Shown: one piece after another, positions 8,806-17,434 of the stretch
Layout of the letters: every line of letters starts with the position of its first letter
How positions within the stretch are numbered: position 1 is the first letter of the stretch
Origin: an uncultured Methanosarcinales archaeon
Lineage (GTDB): Archaea; Nanobdellota; Nanobdellia; Woesearchaeales; UBA10107
Assembly (NCBI GenBank): GCA_964572885.1
Contig: CAZNFC010000001.1
Coordinates: 1 to 39,069, forward strand
Length of the DNA: 39,069 bases
Reading direction: 5' to 3'
Notes under the pieces: model-generated
What the model was told of the DNA's origin: nothing
The model's input: only the letters and a program-made list of their open reading frames with translations
Databases searched by the model: none
Position numbers and translations under genes: made by a program

Positions 8806-9519
8806 ATGCAAAAGGTCAATTATACTGCAATCATAATCACTGCTTTGATCATTCTCGGAGCATTTGGCGCATTAGTTTATGTATTCCCAAGCCAGAAGAG
8901 AACAGTCCAGGCGACAGGAACGTCGCAGATGACTGTTCCTCCTGATAAAGCAGTAGTCTATGTCCAGGTACAGACAACAGCTGATAAAGCAGAAGATGCA
9001 AAGAACAAGAATTCTGAGATAACCAACAAAGTGCTGTCGGCATTGGAAAGCTTGGGAGTCGATAAAGCAGACATTGAAACTGAAAATTACAATATTTACC
9101 CAGAATACGATTACATGCCATCAGGACAGAAATTCAAGGATTATGCAGCGACAAATTCTATAAAAGTATCAGTAAAAGATTTCGGCAATGTAGGAAAGGT
9201 CGTCGATGCTTCAGTAAATGCAGGAGCGACGATAAACTACATAAATTTCGAATTATCAACTGACAAGCAAAATCAATACAAGAAAACTGTATTATCAAAA
9301 GCAGCAGAAGATGCAAAAAGCAAGGCTGAAGCAATCGCTACAGGTTCGGGACAGACTCTTGGAAAATTAATCTCAATCACGACATCTGACTATAGCTATG
9401 TTCCTTATCCTTTGTTCAGAGCTGATTCTGGAGTTGCTGTAAAAGAAGCAGTAACAAACATTCCTTCTAAAAATCTTGACATAACCGCTACGATTACGGC
9501 AACATATGAGATAAGATAA
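8806..9519 (+). CDS. SIMPL-domain (DUF541) protein with N-terminal membrane anchor
   Basis: N-terminal hydrophobic helix, then the typical DUF541 pattern: ...VPPDKAVVYVQVQT...AEDAKNKNSEITNKVLSALESLGVDKADIETENYNIYPEY...ATNSIKVSVKDFGNVGKVVDASVNAGA..INFELS...AAEDAKSKAEAIA. Confidence 0.85.
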   Translation: MQKVNYTAIIITALIILGAFGALVYVFPSQKRTVQATGTSQMTVPPDKAVVYVQVQTTADKAEDAKNKNSEITNKVLSALESLGVDKADIETENYNIYPEYDYMPSGQKFKDYAATNSIKVSVKDFGNVGKVVDASVNAGATINYINFELSTDKQNQYKKTVLSKAAEDAKSKAEAIATGSGQTLGKLISITTSDYSYVPYPLFRADSGVAVKEAVTNIPSKNLDITATITATYEIR

Positions 9520-10671
9520 ATGGACAAGGATTCTAAGAAAACAGTAAAGACTTTTGCATTAGCTTCTTTCCTTAGCGATATGGGTTCTGACATGATCTTT
9601 CCCATCTGGCCTTTATTTGTAACGACAGTGCTTAATGCGAATGTCGCAATTCTCGGGCTTATTGACGGGATAAGCCTTGCGATTGTCTCATTGTCGCAGG
9701 CTGCATCTGGATATCTTTCTGACAGGATAAAAAAGAGAAAAGTATTCATATGGCTCGGATATATGTTTTCATCTCTTGCAAGATTAGGATATGCAGGCTC
9801 GACAATATGGCAGCACTTAGTTCCTTTCAGGATGATCGACAGAGCAGGAAAGATAAGAGATTCTCCGAGAGATGCAATAGTTGCTGATATTTCAGAGAGA
9901 TCAAATAGAGGTAAAAATTTCGGAATAATAAGGACGATGGATAATTTAGGCGCAGTAATAGGAATAATAACGACATTGATCATATTCGGAATACTTGGAG
10001 TATCTTACAGGACTCTGTTCCTGATCGCTGCTGTGCCTACATTCATAGGCTCAATGCTTGTCCTTTTTGCAGTCAAAGAAAGGACAAATCACATAAAGCT
10101 GTATAAAGGAATATCTTTCAAGGATATAACTCCTAACTTCAGGCTGTTCATGATATTGAGCACAATATTTGCTTTGGGAACGTTCACATATTCATTCCTA
10201 ATAGTCTATGCAAATCAATTTGGATTTGCAGCTCCTGTCGTTCCTTTGCTATACTTGCTGTTCACTGCTGTTGCTTTTGCCTCGACTTTTTTCTTCGGAA
10301 ATCTTGCGGATAAAATTGGAAGAAAATATGTTTTATTCATGTCCTTTGCATTTTGGGGATTATCATGTCTAAGTTTCATATTTTCAAAACAGAAATACGG
10401 GATTGTTCTTGCTTTTGCACTTTACGGACTGCATCTTGGAGCGATAGAACCTGTGCAGAAGGCGTTTGTATCTGAATTAGCAAATAAAAAATACAGGGCA
10501 AGCAGCCTTGGAGGATTCCAGATGGTCACAGGATTGGTCGCACTTCCTGCATCATTGATAGCAGGGATATTATGGCTTAGAATCGGAAGGTTCACTCCTT
10601 TCTACCTTTCAATTGCGTTAACTTTATTAGCATCAGTCATGCTTTTATTCGTAAAAGAGGATAAAAAGTGA
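9520..10671 (+). CDS. MFS-type transporter
   Basis: 383 aa and about 10-12 hydrophobic segments. The loop GYLSDRIKKRKVF after TM2 and the second-half GNLADKIGRKYV correspond to the MFS D-R/K-x-G-R-R/K motif. Its start abuts the stop of the upstream gene. Confidence 0.8.
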   Translation: MDKDSKKTVKTFALASFLSDMGSDMIFPIWPLFVTTVLNANVAILGLIDGISLAIVSLSQAASGYLSDRIKKRKVFIWLGYMFSSLARLGYAGSTIWQHLVPFRMIDRAGKIRDSPRDAIVADISERSNRGKNFGIIRTMDNLGAVIGIITTLIIFGILGVSYRTLFLIAAVPTFIGSMLVLFAVKERTNHIKLYKGISFKDITPNFRLFMILSTIFALGTFTYSFLIVYANQFGFAAPVVPLLYLLFTAVAFASTFFFGNLADKIGRKYVLFMSFAFWGLSCLSFIFSKQKYGIVLAFALYGLHLGAIEPVQKAFVSELANKKYRASSLGGFQMVTGLVALPASLIAGILWLRIGRFTPFYLSIALTLLASVMLLFVKEDKK

Positions 10672-11291
10672 TTGATATAATAAATTATTTCCTGCATCTT
10701 GATAAATACCTAAGCATAGCGATTTCCAGTTATGGGATGCTCATTTATGTCATATTATTCCTCATAATATTCATGGAGACAGGATTAGTCGTAACTCCTT
10801 TTCTTCCGGGAGATTCATTATTATTTGCAGCCGGAGCTCTTGCGACATTAGATTCGTTGAGTATCACCCTGCTTTTCATCATACTGGGAGCAGCGGCCGT
10901 CTTGGGAGATTCAGTCAACTACAGCATAGGACGTATAGTAGGACTTAAAATATTCACTTCTAAAAGCGGGATATTCAAGAAAGAATATCTTGATAAAACA
11001 AACAAGTTCTTCAGGAAATACGGGAAAAAGACGATAGTGATAGCCAGATTCATACCTATCGTAAGGACATTTGCTCCTTTTGTAGCAGGAGCATCAATGA
11101 TGGATTATTCTTCGTTCCTTACATACAATATCATAGGCGGATTATCATGGGTAGCATTGTTCCTTTTCGGAGGATACTTCTTTGGAAATGTTCTTTTTGT
11201 AAAGAATAATTTTTCTGTAGTGATACTTGCAATAATATCTGTGTCAGTCATCCCTGCGATAATAGAATATATCGTGTACAAAAGAAACTAA
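10668..11291 (+). CDS. dedA: DedA-family (SNARE-associated/VTT domain) membrane protein
   Basis: FMETGLVVTPFLPGDSLLFAAGALA and GKKTIVIARFIPIVRTFAPFVAG are canonical DedA motifs. There is a 4-nt overlap with the MFS gene. Confidence 0.85.
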   Translation: MIDIINYFLHLDKYLSIAISSYGMLIYVILFLIIFMETGLVVTPFLPGDSLLFAAGALATLDSLSITLLFIILGAAAVLGDSVNYSIGRIVGLKIFTSKSGIFKKEYLDKTNKFFRKYGKKTIVIARFIPIVRTFAPFVAGASMMDYSSFLTYNIIGGLSWVALFLFGGYFFGNVLFVKNNFSVVILAIISVSVIPAIIEYIVYKRN

Positions 11292-12346
11292 ACAGCGTCA
11301 TCTTCTTTTTCTATCTTAGCTGCCTTCTTTTTTGCTGTTTTTCTTTTTATTTCTTTTTTCTCGACTTCAACTATCTGCTTCTTTATCTCTTTTCTTGCTT
11401 TTCCTTTTGAACTTCTGAACTTTCTCTGCAGTTCAATAAGCTTTTTCTTATCAACGCTTTCCTGGACTAATCTATATGCAGTAAAGATCGAGACTATAGC
11501 TGCTGCAAGAGAACCGTAGAATAAAAGATTGTTTTTTATTTTCTGCTGGAAAGACACTTCCTGCTTCTTGGCAGAATCCAATTGATCTTCAATGTCATTC
11601 AGGCTTGTATTCAACACGCCTAAATTTACTTGTACTGATCTATAATCTCCTCCGAATAAGTTAGCTTCGGTCTGGGTGATGAAAGTTGCTGCTGTTCTCA
11701 GTTTATCATATACAATATCCACAGGATATCCCTGGCTGTTCTTGTCCTGATACAATGCCTCAAGCTCCTTATATCTCTGCTTAAGCTGATTAAGAGAATT
11801 TGTCAGTCCTGTGACATTAAATTCCGGTTCTACAGTCTTTGGCGCTTCAGGATTCAGGACTGTTATCTGTTCTGCATACTTCTGCTTCAGATTTCCTGAA
11901 TAATACAATTTTATCACGATATCTATGGTTCCGTTCTTTGCGGCATTTATTTTTGCGAAGACATAATCCTTATCTCCTGCTTTTAATTTTGCAAGAGGGA
12001 TCTTGTCTGTCGTCTCTATTCCGTCTCCGGATATCAATGCATAAACATCGCTCAAATCAACGGTTCCTGTATTTTTCAATACTATATTAATCTGGTTTGC
12101 GCCTAAAGGAATCTCTTCCGGGAAAAATTTGTCAAGTGTGACTTCTTCTGTGCATATAAATCCAGGATCATGACAATTTTTATCAATACATCTTACACAG
12201 CCTGAATCGCACTGCTTATCACTGCACATTATCTGAGGAACAGGAGGCTGCGTCGTGTTTGCTGACTGATTAGTCTGATTTTCCTGAGCAATGACTGCAG
12301 AGATGCTAAGTAATAATACAAATATGAACGAAACGACTCTTTTCAT
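11288..12346 (-). CDS. secreted/membrane-anchored hypothetical protein (signal peptide, Cys-rich module, coiled coil, C-terminal TM helix plus Lys-rich tail)
   Basis: Has N-terminal MKRVVSFIFVLLLSISAVIAQ, a Cys cluster CSDKQCDSGCVRCIDKNCHDPGFIC, the helix LLFYGSLAAAIVSIFTAY, and a KKxxKK tail. A TATA box (TTTATAAA at about 12369) is appropriately spaced. Confidence 0.65.
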   Translation of the reverse strand: MKRVVSFIFVLLLSISAVIAQENQTNQSANTTQPPVPQIMCSDKQCDSGCVRCIDKNCHDPGFICTEEVTLDKFFPEEIPLGANQINIVLKNTGTVDLSDVYALISGDGIETTDKIPLAKLKAGDKDYVFAKINAAKNGTIDIVIKLYYSGNLKQKYAEQITVLNPEAPKTVEPEFNVTGLTNSLNQLKQRYKELEALYQDKNSQGYPVDIVYDKLRTAATFITQTEANLFGGDYRSVQVNLGVLNTSLNDIEDQLDSAKKQEVSFQQKIKNNLLFYGSLAAAIVSIFTAYRLVQESVDKKKLIELQRKFRSSKGKARKEIKKQIVEVEKKEIKRKTAKKKAAKIEKEDDAV

Positions 12347-12445
12347 AAAATTTAAAGTTAAAAGCCGATTTATAAATATTACGTTAATAATTTCAATTAT
12401 TCAAACATTAGATTTAAATACAACATTAGCACCTACCAAAGTGCA

Positions 12446-12670
12446 ATGTCAGCAAGAAATCGTACTCAAAGGACTACAATAGAGAATGTTGTCAGTAAAG
12501 CAGTGTCAGGAGGACTTTTAGGGGTTGGAGCAAGCTACATATTTGATGCGAATATTAGTACTATGTTGCTTCTAACATTTGGTGGAGCAATCAACCTGGT
12601 ATGCACGGAAAGTTGGCTCGAAACAGACGATAAATGTTACAGAGAACGATATAAAAGACAATACATATAA
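12446..12670 (+). CDS. small hypothetical membrane protein (74 aa)
   Basis: ATG ORF with GATTTAAATAC about 26-36 nt upstream and two Gly-rich hydrophobic stretches. Confidence 0.4.
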   Translation: MSARNRTQRTTIENVVSKAVSGGLLGVGASYIFDANISTMLLLTFGGAINLVCTESWLETDDKCYRERYKRQYI

Positions 12671-12673
12671 ATC

Positions 12674-13402
12674 TTAGTATCCGAAGTAAAAGAACTGCCT
12701 GTATCCGAAGAATTTGTTTGTGTAAACATTCTTTACTACATTCTGCTTAGATGTTCCTGATGTTGTGTATTCAGTAACATTCTTCTTTTCTTCGACATTA
12801 TAAGGAACCTGCTTTATCTGATATGTTGTAGGCTCCAAATAAAAGCATTTTTCTCTTTTAGGGCAGTCAGTGCATTGAAGAAGGCATGATGCTGAATCTC
12901 CTAACCCAAGAGTGAAATTCCACTGGAATTTTACAGTTCCGAAAGGAGGTATGACCTGGGCATAATCAGGACTGTCGCTTATCTTTCCGCTCTTTAGTAT
13001 ATTTACATACATCCTGAATGTTCCTGCGATATCTTCTTCATTCTTGATATCATAAGTGCATATTCCTGTCCTTTGTCCATTTATTGCGACTTCTGAATAA
13101 GTGTAATCTTTTGTGAAATTATATGCGAGGAGTTCGCATCTTGGTTCTCCGAAAGGAACTTTCTCTTCCCTGTATTTAGTTACATTGACTGATTTCTCCA
13201 CGACAACAGGAACAGGATTCCCTCCTGACACAGCTTTTTCGACCTGCACTGTCTCAGTGCTTGTCTGCGCGGAAGTCAATACATAGAACAATAATATTAT
13301 AACAATCCATGAAACAATTTTCTTGACCGGAGATTTCTTTGCTGAAGATACTTTTACCTTAACATTGCTCCGAGAAATGTCAACACTCTTTTTATTTGCC
13401 AT
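12674..13402 (-). CDS. membrane-anchored extracellular hypothetical protein (242 aa)
   Basis: Basic N-terminus followed by the TM helix IVSWIVIILLFYVLTSA. The remainder is Cys-containing and has N-x-S/T sequons. Confidence 0.6.
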   Translation of the reverse strand: MANKKSVDISRSNVKVKVSSAKKSPVKKIVSWIVIILLFYVLTSAQTSTETVQVEKAVSGGNPVPVVVEKSVNVTKYREEKVPFGEPRCELLAYNFTKDYTYSEVAINGQRTGICTYDIKNEEDIAGTFRMYVNILKSGKISDSPDYAQVIPPFGTVKFQWNFTLGLGDSASCLLQCTDCPKREKCFYLEPTTYQIKQVPYNVEEKKNVTEYTTSGTSKQNVVKNVYTNKFFGYRQFFYFGY

Positions 13403-13447
13403 TGATGATAAATAATATGTTTAACTAAGATATAAATGTTTTGAAAT

Positions 13448-13996
13448 CTATACGTCAACAAATACTCTATGCTTTTCGTTTCCTTCAAGCTCAAGCAATA
13501 TCCTCTTTACTATTATCTTTTCAGGGTCAGGCATGAGTTTTATCCTTGCTTTCAGGTCTTCAAAACTCTCAAATTCCTTTACTCTTCTCTCTTCTATTAA
13601 CTCCCACATATGCTTCTTTCCCAATCCAGGAAGCAGTTCCAGCTGATGCATCCTAGTAGTCAAAGGCTGGGATTTATTGAAGAACTCCAAAAACTTCTTC
13701 TCATTCTTCTTTACCATGTCTTTGACGACAAACTCTATCTCGCTTTTTGCAGTTCCTGTAAGCTTGTCAGAGGTTATCTTGCCTATTATATGATGTATCT
13801 TGTCCCTTTTGCCTTCTCCGATATATATTTCTTCCAAAGGCTGTAGAAAAACGTCTTTTTTAGGAACTAATTCAAGCAAAGTGAAGTGTTCTGAACCCAG
13901 AGCTTGGACTATAGGAGTCTTCTTGTGACTCGGCCTGGGATCGTTCGGGTATCCATGCTGCAGGAAATCCAATACTATTGCACTTTCTTCTTTCAT
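13448..13996 (-). CDS. DUF655-family putative RNA/nucleotide-binding protein (OB + HhH)
   Basis: AIVLDFLQHGYPND...ALGSEHFTLLELVPK...MHQLELLPGLGKKHMWELIEER is the archaeal DUF655 (COG1491) pattern. It sits in the conserved archaeal L21e-RpoF-DUF655 neighbourhood. Confidence 0.85.
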   Translation of the reverse strand: MKEESAIVLDFLQHGYPNDPRPSHKKTPIVQALGSEHFTLLELVPKKDVFLQPLEEIYIGEGKRDKIHHIIGKITSDKLTGTAKSEIEFVVKDMVKKNEKKFLEFFNKSQPLTTRMHQLELLPGLGKKHMWELIEERRVKEFESFEDLKARIKLMPDPEKIIVKRILLELEGNEKHRVFVDV

Positions 13997-14013
13997 TTTT
14001 GTTTCCTTGTCCT

Positions 14014-14358
14014 TTATTTTCTGTGTTCTTTAATGACATCTGCGATCTTTACCAGGTTTTCATTCGTTAGGGTTACTGAATATGAGCTAAGCACAAGTCT
14101 TACGTCTTCTGCATCATTAGGCATTATGTCTATCAATTTACATATGTGTTCAGGCTTTAACCTTGGAATATTAAGCTCTTCTATCTTTTTCTTGATTGTC
14201 TGTATCTTGCTGTCATCCAATTTTGTAAAGCCTTTAAGATATTCATCTACCTTTGCTGCCCTGAAACCAAGCTCTTTATCTCTTCCTTTGATTTTCTCTA
14301 ACTCGTTCCTCAAGTCATACGTGCTTATCGGCTGTTCTGATATTACTGTCGCTTTCAT
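14014..14358 (-). CDS. rpoF: DNA-directed RNA polymerase subunit Rpo4 (RpoF)
   Basis: 114 aa with a typical Rpo4 layout (...ELGFRAAKVDEYLKGFTKL...IEELNIPRLKPEHICKLIDIMP...). It lies immediately downstream of L21e, as in most archaea. Confidence 0.8.
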   Translation of the reverse strand: MKATVISEQPISTYDLRNELEKIKGRDKELGFRAAKVDEYLKGFTKLDDSKIQTIKKKIEELNIPRLKPEHICKLIDIMPNDAEDVRLVLSSYSVTLTNENLVKIADVIKEHRK

Positions 14359-14359
14359 T

Positions 14360-14650
14360 TTAGTACCTTCTCAAGTGTATCGGATGAACTATCAATTTCT
14401 TCTTTTTCCCAAGGTCTTCAATCGCTACGATGTAGCATTTTCCCTGGCTTCCTACAATGACTCCTGACCTTGCATCAAACCTTCTGAAGTACATTCCATT
14501 GTGGATTGATGGCTCTGATTTAAGCAGGACTGCATCTCCATCCTTGAATTTCCTGAAATAGCTTGTAAGGCTGAATTTGCCTCTTTGGTTAGCCTTCTTG
14601 CTGAATATCTGCCTTGTTTTTCTTCTGCTTCCGCCGATTCTTTTTACCAT
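14360..14650 (-). CDS. rpl21e: 50S ribosomal protein L21e
   Basis: MVKRIGGSRRKTRQIFSKKANQRGKFSLTSYFRKFKDGDAVLLKSEPSIHNGMYFRRFDARSGVIVG... is canonical L21e. Confidence 0.95.
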   Translation of the reverse strand: MVKRIGGSRRKTRQIFSKKANQRGKFSLTSYFRKFKDGDAVLLKSEPSIHNGMYFRRFDARSGVIVGSQGKCYIVAIEDLGKKKKLIVHPIHLRRY

Positions 14651-14838
14651 ATTTTTACCTACCTTAGTATAATCTGCTCTTAACCCCTCTTTATAAGAAT
14701 ATGTCTTGCTTTACTTTATATAGTTTTCTATGTCCAGTGACGAATTAGGGCTTTAGACGGGTCTTAAACACCGTTTAGAAACATTTATATATTAATATCA
14801 TCAATAATTTTCTAACAGTTAAGGAGGAAATTTTTAAG

Positions 14839-15255
14839 ATGAGAGCGTTGTTTAGCAAAATAAAAAATAGACTTTCAGGCGATTCTGATTTTGATATCCC
14901 AGAAGAAGTAGACAAGGATTTCCTTCATGTTGATTCTGAGATGAAAGGAGAGAAAGCAAAGATATTATTGAGACCTTATGTTCTTGAAGAATTCGAAGAT
15001 GTTAAACAGATCTTGGATGCATTAAGAGAAGGATATACTATACCTCTTATTAATATCAAACCACTTAAGGATAAAGATTTGGTTGAATTGAAAAGAGCAA
15101 TAAACAAGATTAAGAAAACTGCAGATGCAATCGAAGGCGACATCGCAGGATTCGGAGAAGACTGGATTGCAGTCGTTCCGTCATTCGCATCGATCTACAG
15201 AGAGAGAAAAGTAGCTACAGAAGAGCAAAGACCTCAAAGAGTAGATAGATATTAA
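14839..15255 (+). CDS. sepF: cell division protein SepF (archaeal FtsZ anchor)
   Basis: LRPYVLEEFEDVKQILDALREGYTIPLINIKPLKDKDLVELKRAINKIKKTADAIEGDIAGFGEDWIAVVP matches the SepF/DUF552 core. A strong AAGGAGG Shine-Dalgarno sequence lies upstream of the ATG. Confidence 0.85.
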   Translation: MRALFSKIKNRLSGDSDFDIPEEVDKDFLHVDSEMKGEKAKILLRPYVLEEFEDVKQILDALREGYTIPLINIKPLKDKDLVELKRAINKIKKTADAIEGDIAGFGEDWIAVVPSFASIYRERKVATEEQRPQRVDRY

Positions 15256-15256
15256 A

Positions 15257-15280
15257 TTTTTTTCTTAGTGATTATTTTTT
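15257..15280 (+). terminator. oligo-T tracts downstream of sepF (archaeal-type terminator candidate)
   Basis: A T7 run (15257-15263) and a T6 run (15275-15280) lie directly after the TAA stop. Confidence 0.4.
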
Positions 15281-15400
15281 AGTTGCCGTCTTCTGTGAGC
15301 TTCATTCTATACTATGATAAACAAAGTTGAAGGGGACGTTCCCTACGGGACTTCAACGACGAAATAAAAAATAAAAATAAAGAAGCGAACGACGGCAACT
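15281..15400. ncRNA. strongly structured intergenic element (candidate small ncRNA or MITE-like inverted repeat); identity unknown
   Basis: Perfect 10-bp terminal inverted repeat AGTTGCCGTC (15281-15290) / GACGGCAACT (15391-15400). It is extended by TTC/GAA and GCTTC/GAAGC (15299-15303 / 15382-15386). An apical hairpin GTTGAAG(15326-15332)...CTTCAAC(15351-15357) encloses GGGACGTTCCCTACGGGA. Confidence 0.3.
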
Positions 15401-15466
15401 TAGAAAGTTTTTTAACTCTTTCTAAAAATAAAAAGCTTTATAACATTAAATTTCTGAAACTAACTT

Positions 15467-16012
15467 ATGGCTGAAACAGAACCGGAAGTAGTACAAGGAG
15501 AAGTATGTCCTTTCTGCAATGAAAAGACATTATCCTTGACTGAATTCAGGAAAGAAGTACCTTATTTTGGAGATGTCTTCATATTTTCAATGAGCTGCTC
15601 CAGCTGCAAATATCACAAAGCAGATCTTGAAGCAGCAGAAACACATGAGCCGATGAGATATTCACTTGAAGTTTCCTCAGAAGAAGACCTGAAGATAAGA
15701 GTCGTTAAAGCATCAACAGGAACGATCAAGATTCCTCATGTGATGACAATTGAATCAGGAGAAGCTGCAAACGGTTACGTGACAAACATTGAAGGGATAT
15801 TGAACAGAGTAAAACATGCATTAGAAACTGCGAAAGAGACTGAAGAAGAGGAAGATGCAGAAAAAGTAAGAAACTTATTGAAGAAGATAAACAAAGTCTT
15901 ATTCGGCGATGAAAAAATAAAGATAATAATCGAAGATCCAACAGGTAATTCAGCGATAATTTCTGATAAAGCAGTTAAAGAGCCTATGAAAGGGAAGAAG
16001 GTTAAAGAATAA
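15467..16012 (+). CDS. ZPR1-type zinc-finger protein
   Basis: CPFCNEKTLSLTEFRKEVPYFGDVFIFSMSCSSCKYH is the ZPR1 zinc-ribbon signature. It is followed by the ZPR1 beta-domain (LKIRVVKASTGTIKIPHVMTIESG...). Confidence 0.85.
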   Translation: MAETEPEVVQGEVCPFCNEKTLSLTEFRKEVPYFGDVFIFSMSCSSCKYHKADLEAAETHEPMRYSLEVSSEEDLKIRVVKASTGTIKIPHVMTIESGEAANGYVTNIEGILNRVKHALETAKETEEEEDAEKVRNLLKKINKVLFGDEKIKIIIEDPTGNSAIISDKAVKEPMKGKKVKE

Positions 16013-16045
16013 GTTTAAAAGTTAAATCAATTTCTTTTTGTTTGC

Positions 16046-16129
16046 GCGGGATTGGCAGAGTGGTCAAATGCGCACCGTTAAGGGCGGTGTCGGTTAGTCC
16101 GTACGCAGGTTCGAACCCTGCATCCCGCA
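16046..16129 (+). tRNA. tRNA-Leu (class II, long variable arm); hand-folded anticodon AAG
   Basis: Hand-folded cloverleaf: acceptor GCGGGAT/ATCCCGC, D arm GCA-GAGTGGTCAAA-TGC, anticodon arm CACCG-TTAAGGG-CGGTG, 15-nt variable arm TCGGTTAGTCCGTAC, T arm GCAGG-TTCGAAC-CCTGC, discriminator A. No CCA is encoded. Confidence 0.85.
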
Positions 16130-16408
16130 TATATACTAAAAGTTGAATGCGGTAAACCGAAAACGGGTCAAAACTCGGGTTTCGCAGCATACCAAGAGTT
16201 TGATGCGGTAATATTTTGACAGGTTGCAACTTAACGGTTGATTCCTGCCACCCGCATTTATTAATGTATATAACAAACCTTTAATACTTAAAAAACAATG
16301 TTCTATATGGGGTGTATTTATGAAGATAAGTCATAGCTTCGAACAGTTGAGAAAAGAGACTGAATTGATGAAAAAGCAGTCATATGAAGAAAAATACGGA
16401 AAAAAGAA

Positions 16409-16708
16409 ATGATAGAGATAGAAGAAAGAAAGGGAGTCAGAGTATCTACACAGGAATTGCTGGCTCTTTTGAAATCGCCTGACCCAAGAGGGATATTAAA
16501 GAAAATCGAAGAAACAAGAGTGAAGATAAGAGGAGAAACAGAAATAGGTGATAAAGTAAGACTAATATGCCGAGACGGATTTAATGATGAATCATATGTT
16601 GTTGCCGGAAGAGTTGTTGAAATTAGATCTGATGAAATAATTATTCAAGGTCAGCTTATGCCATATCCAATCCCATATTCAAGAATAGAATCTTGTAGAC
16701 TTAATTAA
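16409..16708 (+). CDS. hypothetical protein (99 aa)
   Basis: ATG ORF. It is preceded by a possible 30-codon upstream ORF (16320-16412) overlapping in ATGA. I recognise no family. Confidence 0.5.
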   Translation: MIEIEERKGVRVSTQELLALLKSPDPRGILKKIEETRVKIRGETEIGDKVRLICRDGFNDESYVVAGRVVEIRSDEIIIQGQLMPYPIPYSRIESCRLN

Positions 16709-16711
16709 AAA

Positions 16712-16903
16712 TTATTTCTTAGCAACAACTGTCAATTTCCTGCTTAAACCGTGATTAAGCCTTACAACGTCAAAACTTTTTATTCCTTCTTTCTGAGCCC
16801 AAGCCTTTGCCTGCGCTTCAGTCTTGAAAGTCTTGGCTCTGTCTTTCCTGTGCCTTCCTCTATGGAATCTTATTTCCCTTTTATGTTCTTTTCTTGTACC
16901 CAT
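16712..16903 (-). CDS. small basic hypothetical protein (63 aa)
   Basis: The start is trimmed to ATG 16903 (MGTRKEHKREIRFHRGRHRKDRAKTF...) because TTTATAAA (16926-16933) lies 23-30 nt upstream. The longer track ORF would begin upstream of this promoter. Confidence 0.5.
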   Translation of the reverse strand: MGTRKEHKREIRFHRGRHRKDRAKTFKTEAQAKAWAQKEGIKSFDVVRLNHGLSRKLTVVAKK

Positions 16904-16925
16904 AAAAACAATGACCAATAGGTGG

Positions 16926-16933
16926 TTTATAAA
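16926..16933 (-). promoter_or_regulatory. TATA box (TTTATAAA) for 16712..16903
   Basis: Lies 23-30 nt from ATG 16903. A second box, CTTATAAG (16945-16952), lies 24-31 nt upstream of the divergent ATG 16976. Confidence 0.45.
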
Positions 16934-16975
16934 GATTGTTATAAGCTTATAAGAAAGCATAAAGTCAATGCCAGC

Positions 16976-17428
16976 ATGCCTCTTGACAAAAGAAAGGTAA
17001 ATCAACTTCAGAGCATAGTTCGTGATTCCGGCATCACAGGGATTGAATCAAGACTTGATTCAGATGTCCTTGAGATATTAGTCCGGGCAGGATACAAGGA
17101 AGGCACTACTGCGACTACACATTCTTATCAAATACGCATGATGTGCAATCAGGATTCAATCCCTGAAAATGTTGAATTTGCACTGAGAGTATTCCGATAC
17201 TGCAGGAGCCATCCGGAAAGACACAGATATGGTATGTCTAATAAAATAACTAAGATAGCTCTCTATAAGAAATGCGGCATAATAGAACATGCAAAAGAGA
17301 AAAAGGAGCTTCCTGATATGAGATGGCTGACAGGGCCAAGCATGCACACATTGCAGGCAGAGGTCCTTGAAGAATTTTACGGAATAAAAGTCAAGAAAGT
17401 CTCGCTTGTGCCATTCAAAGCCATCTAA
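16976..17428 (+). CDS. hypothetical protein (150 aa from ATG 16976)
   Basis: ORF 16922..17428 is trimmed to the first ATG downstream of the promoter boxes. I recognise no family. Confidence 0.5.
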   Translation: MPLDKRKVNQLQSIVRDSGITGIESRLDSDVLEILVRAGYKEGTTATTHSYQIRMMCNQDSIPENVEFALRVFRYCRSHPERHRYGMSNKITKIALYKKCGIIEHAKEKKELPDMRWLTGPSMHTLQAEVLEEFYGIKVKKVSLVPFKAI

Positions 17429-17434
17429 AAAGTA

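Noticed and set aside
9405-9983. 192-aa minus-strand ORF
   Set aside because: It is antisense to the SIMPL/MFS genes, which have clear family motifs. This is the typical shadow frame of a membrane-protein gene.
13904-14467. 187-aa plus-strand ORF
   Set aside because: It is antisense to DUF655, Rpo4 and L21e, a conserved archaeal gene string.
16002-16229. Track ORF on the minus strand (75 aa)
   Set aside because: It overlaps the tRNA-Leu gene on the opposite strand and has no promoter or start context.
16130-16260. A tRNA-3'-end-like fragment (CAGGTT...CCTGCCACCCGCAT vs tRNA CAGGTTCGAACCCTGCATCCCGCAT) and a duplicated TGA(A)TGCGGTAA motif about 100 nt downstream of tRNA-Leu. It could be an att remnant, a split-tRNA half or a degenerate tRNA.
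   Set aside because: Similarity is limited to two short blocks with mismatches. I could not fold a cloverleaf, no integrase or other mobile-element gene lies nearby, and the interval is too short for an integrated element. It is worth a tRNAscan/BLAST check but is not supportable as a feature.
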